Assembly (NCBI GenBank): GCA_965644265.1
Contig: OZ286476.1
Location: 20,026,001 to 20,090,000 of the forward strand
Length of the DNA stretch: 64,000 nt
Direction of reading: 5' to 3'
Origin: Glycera tridactyla
Taxonomy: Eukaryota
Part shown: piece after piece, positions 53,771 through 63,300 of the stretch
Position numbering within the stretch: the first letter of the stretch is position 1
Layout: every line of letters begins with the position of its first letter
Position numbers and translations under genes: made by a program
Notes under the pieces: model-generated
The model's database searches: none
What the model saw: the letters and a program-made list of their open reading frames with translations, nothing else
Told to the model about the DNA's origin: nothing

Positions 53771-56700
53771 AAAAAAGAATAAATAAATAGATATATTATC
53801 GAGATGGTTGCATTTAATCCATATTGACTGACCTATTTTGAATGAATTTAGGTGGCGAGTGCCCCCGATTCTGGAAATCCTGGATGCCTCCCTGCTCATA
53901 TGGATGAACATGATTCATGATATTCTTCAATGAACATCTTTCATAAAATTTCATTCTGAAGTTCTTACCTAAATCAGAGTTTACCTATGTATTGAAATTC
54001 TTATCCTACCAAATCAAACTTGAATGCCATCCAAGTTGGTTCTCTTTAGCGAATATGGGTTAGTCTTTTAAATGCATATTCATGCAGTATCAAGTCTGAT
54101 ACTGAATTACATGTATATGGATCTCTTAAATTCTTCTCCAACAGTTTGAATATCATCAAATTGGGTTCATTCATCATGTTTGGGTCAGCTGCTTCTGCTT
54201 TTATTTTTCAGTTGTAGCAGAATTTCTGTAGAAGTAGTATTAGTAGTTGAGCTTGCTTGTGTATGTTGTTGAGCATCACAGTACATGTGATGAGATGCTT
54301 GCAGAATTCATATTTCAACTTTCATTTCATCAAATTTACCGCCTTTATCATCAGTCATCGGCGTATATTGAAGCTCTCTAAAATATTCATTTCAATTACG
54401 AACATTTCTGTCAAAATCTTTGCAGTATTTACCTGTAAGATATTACATCCTATGCAGGAATATATCACTTTTGATTTATTCACGATCAGAATTTATTGAT
54501 ACAATTACTAACTATCATCTAGTGATGATAGTTTTGAGGGAATGGGTACATGCTATCAAAACTGTTTGATGTTTTATGGGAGCATATATTCATATCTTTG
54601 AGATCCTATTCACTCATCAGGGCTATTCACTGATCAGGGATGTCCTTCTTACATGGTATCTGAAAGAATATTATCGATGAAATTCACGATTCGGATTTGT
54701 CCATCATTTGTTTGAAGAATGATTATGTGTTCAGACCACATCAAAAGAGTACATGATACTGACTAAAGTCGGTCAAGCTCTATTGTGGCGGGTACGTTTT
54801 TCGCCTTAGCATCGCATATTCACTTCAGATTGAAATGTAACTTGCAGACAGACCTTGCTAAGATCTCCGACGACTAGAACTGCGATCACACCAAAGTACA
54901 CTTGTTTATTTCACCCTTGAACGCAGAATATGTCGATTTCACGCTGGTTTTGCGGCATGTGCAGCGGCCGTATCGCCACTGTTTCGTATACAAATATTTG
55001 CCAATAATGGCGGCGGATTCATCATGAAAATGCAATGAAATGATGGCGTAATCGTCTTCTAAAGCATGCAGACCACCCGAAACTAGGTTCGATAATCGCC
55101 GGAAGTCCTGTACAATCCATTTATGCCATTAGGAGTAAACTTGGACAAGAAATGGCGAAGTTAGCCATACCCGCCACATTTGGATTTGACAGAGTTTAAT
55201 GTAAAGCATGGTATGCTAGTATGCTAACGGGTATATACCTGGAATGTCCGTATGTTTGTGAGCACTTGCACAGTGCATGGTTGATGTTGGTGTCTGATGG
55301 GCACATTGCACCACTGCATGGATACTCTGCATGCTTGGGTAATTTTCACTTTCACGGTCATGATCACTTGCTCTCGGGATACTTCCGGTTGGAGTACAAG
55401 TCAACGTATGTAATTTTTTTCCTCATTCTACCTGCCATACTAATTCTAGCTTTCGCAAACCAAGAATCTGTCATAGTAAATGGCTACACCCTCCATGAAT
55501 AATGTTTGGCAGTAGTCGATCAAATGTTGAAATTATGTTAAAAAGTTCTTCATTAATTAACAGAAGTATAAAATACAAAATACAATGTGTTATCAACAAG
55601 AATTCAAGCATATTTGTAATTCATCTTCTCACCCATTGATTGTTGAATATACGCATATTACCATATATGCAGACCTAGAAATAGTATGGCATTTTTTATT
55701 ATCAGTAGTATCTGAAGTAGTTTTGAACTATGAAGGTGGCTCGGGTGAGTCTGAGATATTCAGTATCACTGAGACATGGTGAGTTTTTAGAAGCGATGTT
55801 TTGGCTAGAAAATGAATGTGGATCATCATCAACACGCCTGAAATGCTGCCTATTCGGTACTCAACCACTATTTGGATGATTTCATAGTTGACCCATGCAC
55901 GGATAGTGTTGGAATATAAAGTTAGTACCTGTCCAAAGATGCACCGAAGATTCTACAAAACCTACTATGATCGTTCAGCCAGTTACGTGATTTAAGTTGT
56001 CCCATCAACCAGTCCACCAATTCTTAAAAAACTGTATGCATATTAGATTCAATTTTCTGTGATAGTTGCACCCTCGAATGCCTTATAAAACTTACACAAG
56101 ATGAAGAAACAACATTCAGTCTAAGAACAAACATAGAGTCTGGTGATTAGGTACAGTGACATTCAATGCCTTATCGAATAACACTCTTTTTTCCTGGGAT
56201 ACCATTTGTCTATCTATTGCTGTCGTTCATATGTCCGAACTTGTGCATTTTGTCTCAGTTTGCATGTTGCTATGGTGACACCTCTTTGGAATGCCAAATC
56301 CTCTTGTGATGCATTGAACTACTGACTGGACACATCCTTTCACTTATTTCATAAGCTGTCTTGCTTCAAGTTTAGTTACGCTTGATTCTTGTTGTTAGCC
56401 TTTCTAGTATTGCATGCTATGCTCACATTTAACACAGTTCACTAATGCCCTATCCCATCCTGTCAAGTTGTAATACATCAATCAATCATGTGATCCACAT
56501 CTCTTTACCATCATTCATCATCATGGATTAGGATTTTCGAAAATTGAAATATTCTAGATGATGCAAAAGGATTGTGATTTTGATATGAAAATGTTTTAGT
56601 TTATTGATAATAGAATCCCAAATAATGACTATGATAAGTTCAATTCGCAACTGATCATGACAATAGGCACAAGTTTCTGTTTGATACTGAGGATTACATA

Positions 56701-57548
56701 TGTACCAGTTAATAGGTAATTATTTGTCAAGAATTGGTATCTTATTGATGGTTCGATTTTGCAATGAAAAAGATTGTTCAAATCGGTGATGGTGAAGAGT
56801 ATTTGGATCACTTTAGTATATATAAGCTAACACTGCATCAATTTTATGTGTGTTTCATGGATTTCATAAATTTGTTAATATAACAATAGATAATTCAAAG
56901 AAAGCATTGGGTAAATCTGTCATCCTGGGACCGTCTTCAGAGCAGATCATAACTTTCAAGATTATAGCATTGAGAGATGCTGGTAGTTATTTGGTACATA
57001 GGCATTTGTTATATTAGCATAGAAGGATAATGATCTTGTTAATATAATGCCTCTAATTGTATTGTCGCAAATCTCTGGAAATGTTTCAAAGGAAGATTCC
57101 CAGATAGTTCACTTCATTTTAATCAGCATCATAGATTTCCCAATGAATCATAAGAGTAGACACAGTGGGACCTGCAATAAGCAAGTATTTCTAAATCATA
57201 GAAACATTCTGGAAAAAAGCATTTGCTCATAGCAGGTGCTCGCTCTCCATGAGCTTGCTCATTGCAGCTTCCACTGTACTAATTGTTGGTTTGACTAGAT
57301 GAAGTATTTTTGCAGTGTAGTAGCAGTAATTTTTTTATGAATAACCCACCTTGCACACACCTTGTTTGTCGTTTTTTCCAGGTCAGCAGGAAAACTATGA
57401 CTCGAAAATTGTGCATCCCGAAGTGATAGCTTATGCCATACTTGCCGGAATTCTCATGCTTAAGGCCCTCCAATCGACCAGCTTTTTCCTTGTCCTGTTG
57501 TTCGCGCTCATTGCCTTGGTGTATGGGCTCCTTATCAAAACCACCTAG
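3551..57548 (+). CDS. Multi-exon titin/Sallimus-like giant muscle protein gene, partial (5' end upstream of window)
   Basis: Phase-compatible AG/GT exons join into one frame (20,078 nt + 1 upstream nt = 6,693 codons including stop; needs the candidate 13-nt exon at 36367). Encodes SH3, five I-set Ig domains, IQ and long E/V/Q/P/T-rich regions. Orthology not established. Confidence 0.85.
3730..13030 (+). repeat. 34 tandem coding repeats of ~85-95 aa (core RRESRTxxIGDKxxTQVIEQ...PEVVSEVxTLPxGEQVKPDEVT)
   Basis: Counted manually from the ORF translation: 34 GDK-like and TLPxG core pairs. Confidence 0.9.
11018..12720 (+). repeat. Six near-identical 279-bp (93-aa) units inside the giant exon
   Basis: gtgcgccaagagaccagatc recurs at 11122, 11401, 11680, 11959, 12238, 12517; more diverged flanking copies at 10843 and 12796. 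Confidence 0.95.
13903..13908 (+). promoter_or_regulatory. AATAAA after the read-through stop (13864-13866); possible intronic poly(A) signal
   Basis: Hexamer 37 nt after TGA with U-rich sequence downstream; common by chance in AT-rich DNA. Confidence 0.3.
14424..14454. repeat. (TA)n microsatellite
   Basis: Direct reading. Confidence 0.95.
15602..15693 (+). CDS. Candidate alternative terminal or poison exon (DVQKSIELLTSMAHSALSVMFYLLATLHLL*)
   Basis: TACTAAT 15573-15579, pyrimidine tract, ttgacag acceptor; phase 1 matches the upstream donor; stop at 15691-15693. Confidence 0.35.
17068..19590 (+). CDS. Large internal exon (2,523 nt, phase 1-1), Q/E/T/V/M/P-rich and basic-residue poor
   Basis: 875-aa ORF; acceptor tttacag|CT; donor CAAG|gtaacg; divisible by 3. 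Confidence 0.9.
17319..18422 (+). repeat. Eight 138-bp (46-aa) coding repeats (QAMEQQAQFQMGQxGEFxVExxPE...)
   Basis: Units start at 17319 + 138n through 18285 with no indels. Confidence 0.92.
21293..21440. mobile_element. Internally deleted copy of the 39795 MITE
   Basis: Near-identical 3' ~140 bp; TA-flanked CAGT/ACTG ends. Confidence 0.85.
22201..22263. repeat. (TCAA)n microsatellite
   Basis: Direct reading. Confidence 0.95.
22988..23044. mobile_element. 57-bp deletion derivative of the 25399 element
   Basis: Same 13-bp TIRs; tttatg duplicated on both flanks. Confidence 0.8.
23392..23444. repeat. (CA)n microsatellite (another at 24043-24081)
   Basis: Direct reading. Confidence 0.95.
23540..23615 (-). 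mobile_element. tRNA-like SINE head truncated by an N-gap
   Basis: Minus strand carries the B-box-like ggttcaaatccc. Confidence 0.4.
23616..23760. other. Assembly gap (N-run)
   Basis: 145 N. Confidence 1.
24527..24551 (+). CDS. 25-nt microexon (phase 1-2), EVQEGMTI(S)
   Basis: Long pyrimidine tract plus ctccag; gtaagt donor at 24552; restores frame only together with 25726-25784. Confidence 0.7.
25399..25665. mobile_element. 267-bp DNA transposon derivative with 13-bp TIRs and 6-bp TSD
   Basis: cagggatgtgatt / aatcacatccctg; atcatc on both flanks. Confidence 0.8.
25726..25784 (+). CDS. 59-nt exon (phase 2-1), LTSQQQVITEDTTDLTVIP
   Basis: ttatag acceptor; CCTG|gtaagt donor; composition matches flanking exons; 25+59=84 nt. 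Confidence 0.75.
27612..30521 (+). CDS. Acidic, low-complexity exon (2,910 nt, phase 1-1) ending in an SH3 domain
   Basis: Acceptor ttacag|AT; extends the 982-aa ORF 5'; donor CAA|gtaaga. Confidence 0.92.
30281..30451 (+). other. SH3 domain
   Basis: AISSYDPENAEVMSLHEGEKVEVLDDVQDDWWYVRK...EGWVPGQFL shows the ALYDY-like, LxxGD/E, WW and GxxP signatures. Confidence 0.92.
30815..31010. mobile_element. Second copy of the 695-895 MITE family
   Basis: Shared tggtagccagaggg...ttggctac...caggtagc...gccctg 3' end. Confidence 0.7.
31750..31879. other. Assembly gap (N-run), 72 bp upstream of the Ig1 exon
   Basis: 130 N. Confidence 1.
31952..32263 (+). CDS. Exon encoding I-set Ig domain 1 (phase 1-1)
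   Basis: ccacag acceptor; GAAG|gtgagc donor; FDCIITGNPAPTIAW...EDTGRYTVVAKNLMG. Confidence 0.95.
33353..33477 (+). CDS. Exon encoding N-half of Ig domain 2 (phase 1-0)
   Basis: tttttttcag acceptor; APQLVQKPKPQVVNEGEDVTFECRLVANPQPE; GAG|gttggt donor. Confidence 0.93.
33678..33878. other. Assembly gap (N-run) in the intron splitting Ig2
   Basis: 201 N. Confidence 1.
34005..34144. repeat. Compound (CTGT)n/(CT)n/(CA)n microsatellite just upstream of the 34179 exon
   Basis: Direct reading. Confidence 0.9.
34179..34374 (+). CDS. Exon encoding C-half of Ig domain 2 (phase 0-1)
   Basis: cttcag acceptor; MQWCKED...QDSGNYTLTVRNDYG; C|gtaagt donor. Confidence 0.93.
35622..35695 (+). mobile_element. 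tRNA-derived SINE head or tRNA pseudogene
   Basis: A-box TGGCTCAGTGG 35632-35642 and B-box GGTTCGAACAC 35675-35685; no convincing cloverleaf. Confidence 0.55.
36367..36379 (+). CDS. Candidate 13-nt microexon (phase 1-2), PITA(R)
   Basis: A 1-to-2 phase bridge is required between 34374 and 37505/39014; tgtgtttatcccaccag acceptor and CAG|gtatct donor fit. Confidence 0.5.
37120..37221 (+). repeat. 51-bp tandem duplication
   Basis: atagaaattgaat...gatgttg(g/a)aaggtgga occurs twice. Confidence 0.85.
37505..38005 (+). CDS. Symmetric exon (501 nt, phase 2-2) with DFRxxL-type repeats
   Basis: ctttatcag acceptor; AA|gtaagt donor; motifs at 37545, 37686, 37755, 37824, 37893, 37962. Confidence 0.85.
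39014..39309 (+). CDS. Exon encoding I-set Ig domain 3 (phase 2-1)
   Basis: ctgtttag acceptor; FSCVVHGVPPPHVAWY...EDAGEYTVRVQNEHG; G|gtgagt donor. Confidence 0.95.
39352..39520. mobile_element. Diverged copy of the same MITE family
   Basis: ta-cagaaaaacccatcttaggagacc ... aaaacaggttccactg-ta. Confidence 0.7.
39795..39972. mobile_element. Tc1/mariner-type MITE (CAGT termini, TA TSD)
   Basis: cagtaaaacctgtcttgggagacc ... ggtctcccaagacaggtttcactg flanked by TA on both sides. Confidence 0.85.
41522..42180 (+). CDS. IQ-motif exon with Pro-rich extension (phase 1-0; alternative donor possible at 41652)
   Basis: catttcag acceptor; GAG|gtacga donor at 42180; CAG|gtcaga at 41652 is also phase 0. 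Confidence 0.85.
41572..41628 (+). other. IQ calmodulin/light-chain-binding motif
   Basis: AAVKIQAAFRGMQAREKVK matches IQxxxRGxxxR. Confidence 0.85.
42886..43029. mobile_element. Related Tc1/mariner-type MITE
   Basis: Perfect cagtcgaacctcc / ggaggttcgactg TIRs with TA TSD. Confidence 0.85.
43366..44802 (+). CDS. Acidic symmetric exon (1,437 nt, phase 0-0) rich in Tyr motifs
   Basis: ttatttcag acceptor; 499-aa ORF; CGG|gtaaga donor. Confidence 0.85.
45658..45815 (+). CDS. Exon encoding N-half of Ig domain 4 (phase 0-2)
   Basis: ttttcag acceptor; APFFVTVP...GGSPRPNVTWLH; TT|gtaagt donor. Confidence 0.92.
45900..46290 (+). repeat. Degenerate ~100-bp tandem duplications
   Basis: ggaatgtatc(a/g)attttactttt twice and cactcttgacc...ttccccacct...ggtccttgttgg twice at ~100-bp spacing. 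Confidence 0.6.
47532..47683. repeat. GC-rich long inverted repeat (~68-bp arms, 15-nt loop)
   Basis: Arms 47532-47599 and 47615-47683 pair with about 5-6 mismatches or gaps. Confidence 0.9.
47917..50368 (+). mobile_element. Non-autonomous Helentron-type element (HINE/DINE-1-like)
   Basis: T-rich start; 17-bp subterminal inverted repeats acctcgtctcaacgaag 47922-47938 / cttcgttgagacgaggt 50330-50346; (GTCGGC)n at 47961-48012; central tandem array; 3' hairpin gccttca-g-tgaaggc 50349-50363. Confidence 0.85.
48600..50250 (+). repeat. 147-bp tandem repeat array (~11 units) inside the HINE
   Basis: ttttgggg anchor at 48691, 48838, 48985, 49132, 49279, 49426, 49573, 49720, 49867, 50014; degenerate at both ends. 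Confidence 0.95.
52128..52325 (+). mobile_element. Dispersed SINE-like repeat, representative copy (others at ~502-690, 2262-2535, 20136-20230, 33150-33285, 34544-34714, 40016-40145, 45458-45520, 51125-51305)
   Basis: Shared core catcatcttgtgttcagggtttgtgagagtgatgcctgcaagggacagaacatccagct in most copies, some ending in (AATC/AACC)n tails. Confidence 0.7.
52440..52861 (+). CDS. Exon encoding C-half of Ig domain 4 and Ig domain 5 (phase 2-1)
   Basis: Strong T-tract plus ctgcag; EDQGDYTIRLLNDFG, then APAFIMPL...LECTFAGRPKPEIKW...YTCIARNPGG; G|gtttgt donor. Confidence 0.95.
54767..55195. mobile_element. Imperfect-TIR element with TTAA-like flanks (Kolobok-like MITE)
   Basis: agtcggtcaag...tgtggcgggta versus tacccgccaca...ttgacagagt; ctaa/ttaa flanks; same 3' end at ~62485-62512. 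Confidence 0.5.
55706..55778 (+). CDS. Candidate small exon VVSEVVLNYEGGSG(ESEIFSITET) with two GTGAGT donors (after 55744, phase 1; after 55778, phase 2)
   Basis: attttttattatcag acceptor in phase 1; two consensus donors 34 nt apart. Confidence 0.45.
57382..57548 (+). CDS. Stop-containing terminal exon encoding two hydrophobic helices (putative membrane hairpin anchor)
   Basis: ttgtttgtcgttttttccag acceptor in phase 1 with the 52861 donor; GQQENYDSKIVHPEVIAYAILAGILMLKALQSTSFFLVLLFALIALVYGLLIKTT*; C-ending codon usage resembles the Ig exons. Confidence 0.7.
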
Positions 57549-58293
57549 ACGGGACACCCACGCAGGCACCACTGTGATATATCCATCCGCTTTTTGTTCA
57601 CGGAATTCTGTCGGAATATGCATTGGTGCCCATTATGGTACATCCGTATGTGCATTCCAATGTCCATAGATGAAGTCCTCAAAGTGCAAAAAAAAATTAG
57701 TCAGTTCTTGTGTTCGTCTCAAAACTGATCTGGAATATCTTAATCTTTGCCCTGCATTTTCGCAATTTTTTCGGGGGTTGACAGTCATTGGTGTGATTAG
57801 TAATAGCATACCGAAAACAGTAGTCATGCGGTCTGGGACAAGATAAATGGTAACACCACGATTCATTTTCCCAGCCACATGGTAACCCCAAATTCAATAA
57901 TTTTATGCTCAATTGAAACAGAGTGGATCAGGCATCATTGTGGAGTTCTCATTGAGCTTCATAGTATTCTAGAAATTCTGATTGTCTTCTGTACTTACTC
58001 CATAGATTTTCAAATTTGCTTCAGAATCGTGGAGGAGCTGGTCTTTTCACACTTTCTGAAGGATGTTTGAGAAGTTTTGGGTATGAATGAGAGCATTTTT
58101 GCTGGACAGGGATTATCATATAAAAATCAAAGATATTTGGGATTTATAGAAATGCTGGATTCATACAGTCATAGCTACAATGACCTAATGATTCCAGAAT
58201 TTTTAAGACTCTCCTCACGTCAAACTCTTTAATTTGACAAAAGGTGACTTCTGTAAATTTACTTGACATGCATGTATGTCTAAATCTCTGTAT

Positions 58294-58299
58294 AATAAA
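58294..58299 (+). promoter_or_regulatory. AATAAA, possible poly(A) signal for the membrane-anchor isoform
   Basis: Canonical hexamer ~750 nt after the stop; not distinguishable from chance without transcripts. Confidence 0.25.
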
Positions 58300-59134
58300 A
58301 TCCAACAGAGAATCCATAACATAGTTTCAAAGAACTTTTTATTGTGTGATAACATCTGTTTTTGTTGTAGAATCTTTGCAATGATGTGCCAAATTTTGCA
58401 CTTTGAGGACTGATATCCACACCTGCACTATGTGCTCATGTATGCTTTTCTTGTGTAGCACAGTGTGAAATGGGGCAACCCACACTCCCTGAGGGATCCA
58501 AATTCCTGTGTTGCTCCCTTTGTGCTAATGGACATTCCAGTTATGTATACTCCTCGTGATCAAAATGGTCATCTTAGATGCATCAGACTTCATCCACAGA
58601 TGTGAAATTCACGGCGCAAAAAGTGAAGTTATTCTAATCTGCATTGGTGAAAATCTAGTGATCGATCATGTTTAATATGAGGAATAATGTGACAAATGCC
58701 CACATATCATGCAAGTGTTGAACGTTTTGCTTGAAATGCACCAAAAATTTATTTTAAAAGATCAATAGAATGAGTCATACATTTCCTATCATGAGTGTGG
58801 GAGGAGGTTTGAATATCTTGTTTGTTAAGGATATGGTTGCAAGATTTGTCACGTTTCCGCAGCTGGTCAGTGATCCCTGTGTGGCACACTATTTGTGTGA
58901 AATGCTGGCTCAAATATTGTTGAAACAGAATGATTTTCGAACTCCTATTCCCAAATTGATTACATTACTGGTTCCCAGTGGGCAGTCTTTTGATTGAGTT
59001 GTCACATATCAAGGCCAATTGATGCCTGGCATCTTTGTTAAAAGTTCAAGCAAAGAGCCTATTGACTACCTATTGCTAGCTTGCAGAGACTGTCATTTCA
59101 AGAAGCCAAAAGGTTTCTCCCTACCTGGTACATC

Positions 59135-59320
59135 CTATGATCATGTGATCCTAGTACTATGGTCATGTGATCCTGCTACTATGATCATGTGATCCTAGTA
59201 CTATGGTCATGTGATCCTGCTACTATGATCATGTGATCCTGGTTCTATGGTCATGTGATCCTGGTACTATGATCATGTGATCCTGGTTCTATGGTCATGT
59301 GATCCCGGTACTACGATCAC
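59135..59320 (+). repeat. 22-bp minisatellite, 8.5 units, alternating A/B variants
   Basis: ctatg(a/g)tcatgtgatcc... starts at 59135 + 22n. Confidence 0.95.
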
Positions 59321-62300
59321 TTTTGGGTCACAGGACTGAGCAGCAGTGCGGTAGGCACCAAGGAGATGAAGGAATTCAGATGTATTTCTGAAAGCTTTCA
59401 ACAAATGAGCCTGCTTTGAGTACAGTGAAATTTCAAAATAACCATACTCACTACCGGTTCAATAATTGCTGTTTCAACAAAGCCTTATTAGCATGTGGCA
59501 ATTTGTCTCATAATGTGCGATTTCAATTCCTATGGATGCTGACCAGACTTGGGATTCATTTTGTAGACGATAACCAGGAGTTAATTAGTGTGGACACTAA
59601 CCAATATAGTGTTAACTGATATAACCAACAATTCTTACGCAAACCTCAAAGAGGTCTGAACCATGCAAAGCATGCATAAACCAGGTTGATTGCTTATGTT
59701 GCAGTCACGATGTGAAATTTGTGTCGACCATGTTGAAATTAGTGGATTTCAATATTTTGCGATAGGAGAGATAGATTGAGTACTGAGAGCTCTTCACTGA
59801 TCTGCCACTATATTTAAGGGATTTTGAACTGCCATGGCGAGCTTTTATGATATTGAATTAGTCGGAGTAACAAAATTTTGTTGGGCATGTCATGTGTGAA
59901 GATTGAGAGTTCATGTGTTTTAATGTGTTGGCTGCATGGTGGCATATCATGATATTCGAATGGTTCTTGTGTTTTGTGAGTCATTTGTTTCACTGGGAAT
60001 CCCTTACACTGAACCAGAGGTCAAATATCTATGGTGCTTATGCTATCCAAGTCAAGTGTGTTTGCTAGCTCCGAGTTTTCAAAGTATCATTTGGTTGAAA
60101 AACTCACCCTTGGTCCAATTGCCTGGTGCCTTGACCATTTCAATTCTGCATATTTTTTGGTTGAGCTCTTTACCGATTGGATAGACTGATGTGTGACCAG
60201 TCTATTTATGTGTTACTGGTTCATTGGATGGTTCATTGCTTGGCTTGAAGGGAAACTTTGTTCAATTAATCAATTGATGGATGCACTCATGTGTGACCAG
60301 GCCATCATTCAAGCAATCACTCAAGTGCTTATGAGCATTTCAACACTGATGTCGCATTATTTGAGAAAAAAAAAAGGCTTGTAGTTGAAAACGTACCTAA
60401 AAATTCTTGAGACTGAAACTTGACATTGGAATAGCGCGGGATGATATATTCAATGTCAATACTATGTTATTCCCAATATGAGGGAACTATCTCCTGGTAT
60501 GTTTTTTCCATTCTGCCCATGCACGGGGACACCAATAAGCACCCACCAGCAACCTAATCAAAACCTAGGTGTGCGTCTTTTGTGAATGTGTGTTTATATG
60601 TGTGTACTGAACTAATAACATTCCTTTGGGTGATCAATAATCGCATGAAGTGATGTGAAATTTGAGAATGAATTTGCGCAAGCAACTTGTTTCTCCCCAA
60701 AAAAAGTTTACATTGCATTGTTCAAAAACATATAACTAATTTTATCGGGAAATCAGCTAAAACTTTGTGAGTACTAATCACAGATGGAGAGTTTCACAAC
60801 ACTTAGTTTGGTGTGTATGCGTTTCCTTCACTATGTTTCCATGTTTTACACCATGCTCTGTCTTATGTGTAATAACATAGTCATTCTCGAACAAATGACC
60901 TTAAAACCGATTCAGAACATCCATGTAATATTCAAAGATGATCAAAGACCGGGAGCTCAATTAGAGAGATGCCTTGCAGATTATAAGAACCTTTGTCCAC
61001 AAATCAATCGAAACTGTCAATTATTTTTCATCAATATGTATTTCCAATTATTCAGTATTTTTTCAAACAAAAGATTGAGCTAACGATTTGGATGTTTATT
61101 TTTTTGGGAAGGATTCCAAGAATTTCTAGTGCTGAGATTTCCGGTAAAAAAGATATGCATGCATTAAAACTATACAATGGTCAATAATGAATATCAGGAT
61201 ACTGATGAATTGTGCACATGTATGTAAAAATTTATTATTATGTAAGATTTGCACAAGGAAGTTTGACTTGATTAGTATGAGAGTCCACAAGTAAAAACCT
61301 CATCTCCAATAGCAGCAATAATCAATACAATTGATGACTATAAATGTCAGAATCTTGCCAAAGGATCAGGATATGTCATCAAAATTTCAATTCACAAATT
61401 TATAATTTATCATTACAGAAATCTGGATACTCAAATTCATAGTTTTTCTTCAACAAAACTGTGTTTTGTGCCCTGTGTATCCTGGTTCACGAGAAGTAAA
61501 GTCTTGCGAAATATTGCACCAGATCAAAAGCAGTAAGCACTTCTATTCACTCATCAGAAATATATGAGCAAATGTGGAAGAATAAGAGGTATTGGATGCT
61601 ACATTTATGATCAATTTGCGTCCATATGGAGTCTATTTTCATACTGCAAGATATAAGTAGTATTTCAGTATGTTTTTTATCTGAGTATCATCGCCAGGAA
61701 CTTCCTTTATGACTACCGACCAGAATATTATTCACTTGATATTGGAATGAAAGTACATTACATAATGTACCATTGAAATGTACATATTACTTTCGTAGAA
61801 ATCATCTGATTTCTTGTGTGTTTGAACTTGGAACGCAGTATGGCAAAGATCCATTTTGCACAAAGAAACTCATGATTTTAACTTATTTTTATGTGGTTTT
61901 ATTGACTATGTTGTACAGGTATAGGGTAGGACTGACACTTGATAAACTGCCTTAATCTATTTTATAATGTAACAGTCCTAATAAGAGGTCATGATATCAT
62001 GATTATGATTCTTTAATTGTATATAGAGTTATTAAATGACCTGATAGTTGGACAGTAATGAGTAGATAATGTGGGATAGGTGTGAAATAATATGATAATC
62101 CAGCTAAAGTTCTTCAAATCCAATTAGGACAGGTATATTTCAAGCCCTCACTTAACAGATCTGCTTCTGAACTGAAATGAACCTCGCAAAGAAAATCTAG
62201 AAAAAAATGATCACCATGAAGTTCACTTGTATAGTTGGCCTGACCATGCCAAATATGTGAATATGATGCACTTTTTATAGCGAAAGTGGTGGTCAGTTCC

Positions 62301-63300
62301 CAATCGTTTCTTACATGACAGTCAGTCGATAGTATCAGTAGGTTCACTGTATAAATGCAATGGAATCAATGTGAATCCTAGACAACAACTAATGACTACC
62401 TAGGTTTGATTATCATAGGCTGACATTCACAATCATGTTATGAAATTGATCAGATGGGAATGACAACATTAGCATTCTGAACATACCTGTCACATTTGGA
62501 TTTGACAGACTTTAGCTCATATGGTTTCTCTGTATCGAGATTGTGCTTAAAATGGATTTTAGATTTTGCACCATTTTCGTCTTTAGAGTTTTGCAATTTT
62601 AATTGCATCTTTTATATTTGACAGATTAACAATATTTTTCTAATCAATATTCACTTGATTATTGGATGAGAGATATTCATTTAGAAATCAGATAATTTTA
62701 TAGAAAATTAATGCAATATCGAGTTTTATACGTTGCTTGACATTATGTATAAAATTTGTGATATTCACAAATCAGCATTCCAAAATTGATTGAATATCGC
62801 AGCTTTCAGAGGTGCAAGGTCCAGCTTTCATTTTATCTCCCACTTTCTCTTGTACTATTTCGTTTTCAAGTCCTGGACTATTTTACATGATGTGTCCCCT
62901 GCATTTGAATATGTGACCCTCCTTTTGCATATGGTGTTTGATTTGCATATGACCTGTGTTCCTGCTTGGTGAATGGGCATGAATTTTTCGTGAGGAATGA
63001 TGATGTTTGATTATGTCTTCCAGTTGTGTTACCATGGTAACGAGAATGCAAATAAAGAGCAGCTTTTTTCCATTTAAAATACCGAGTTGTCTTTTGCTTT
63101 CTCACAACAAGCATTAACTCCCGATGTTTGAGTTGTGTGAATTTCTCGTTGCATTTAGTTTTTGCCTTGCTTTAGCCTCGCATGCTCTTTCAAAACCCAA
63201 ATTTCAAGTTTGTCTCAGTTTTGTGTCGAGATTTGGTACTTGTATTTGCTTTAGCTGACTGAACGTTCATCCTCCTCCTCTTCCTCCTTCTTGTGGATAG

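Noticed and set aside
57382-57548. KASH/nesprin tail
   Set aside because: Two hydrophobic segments, only three residues after the second, and no PPPX end.
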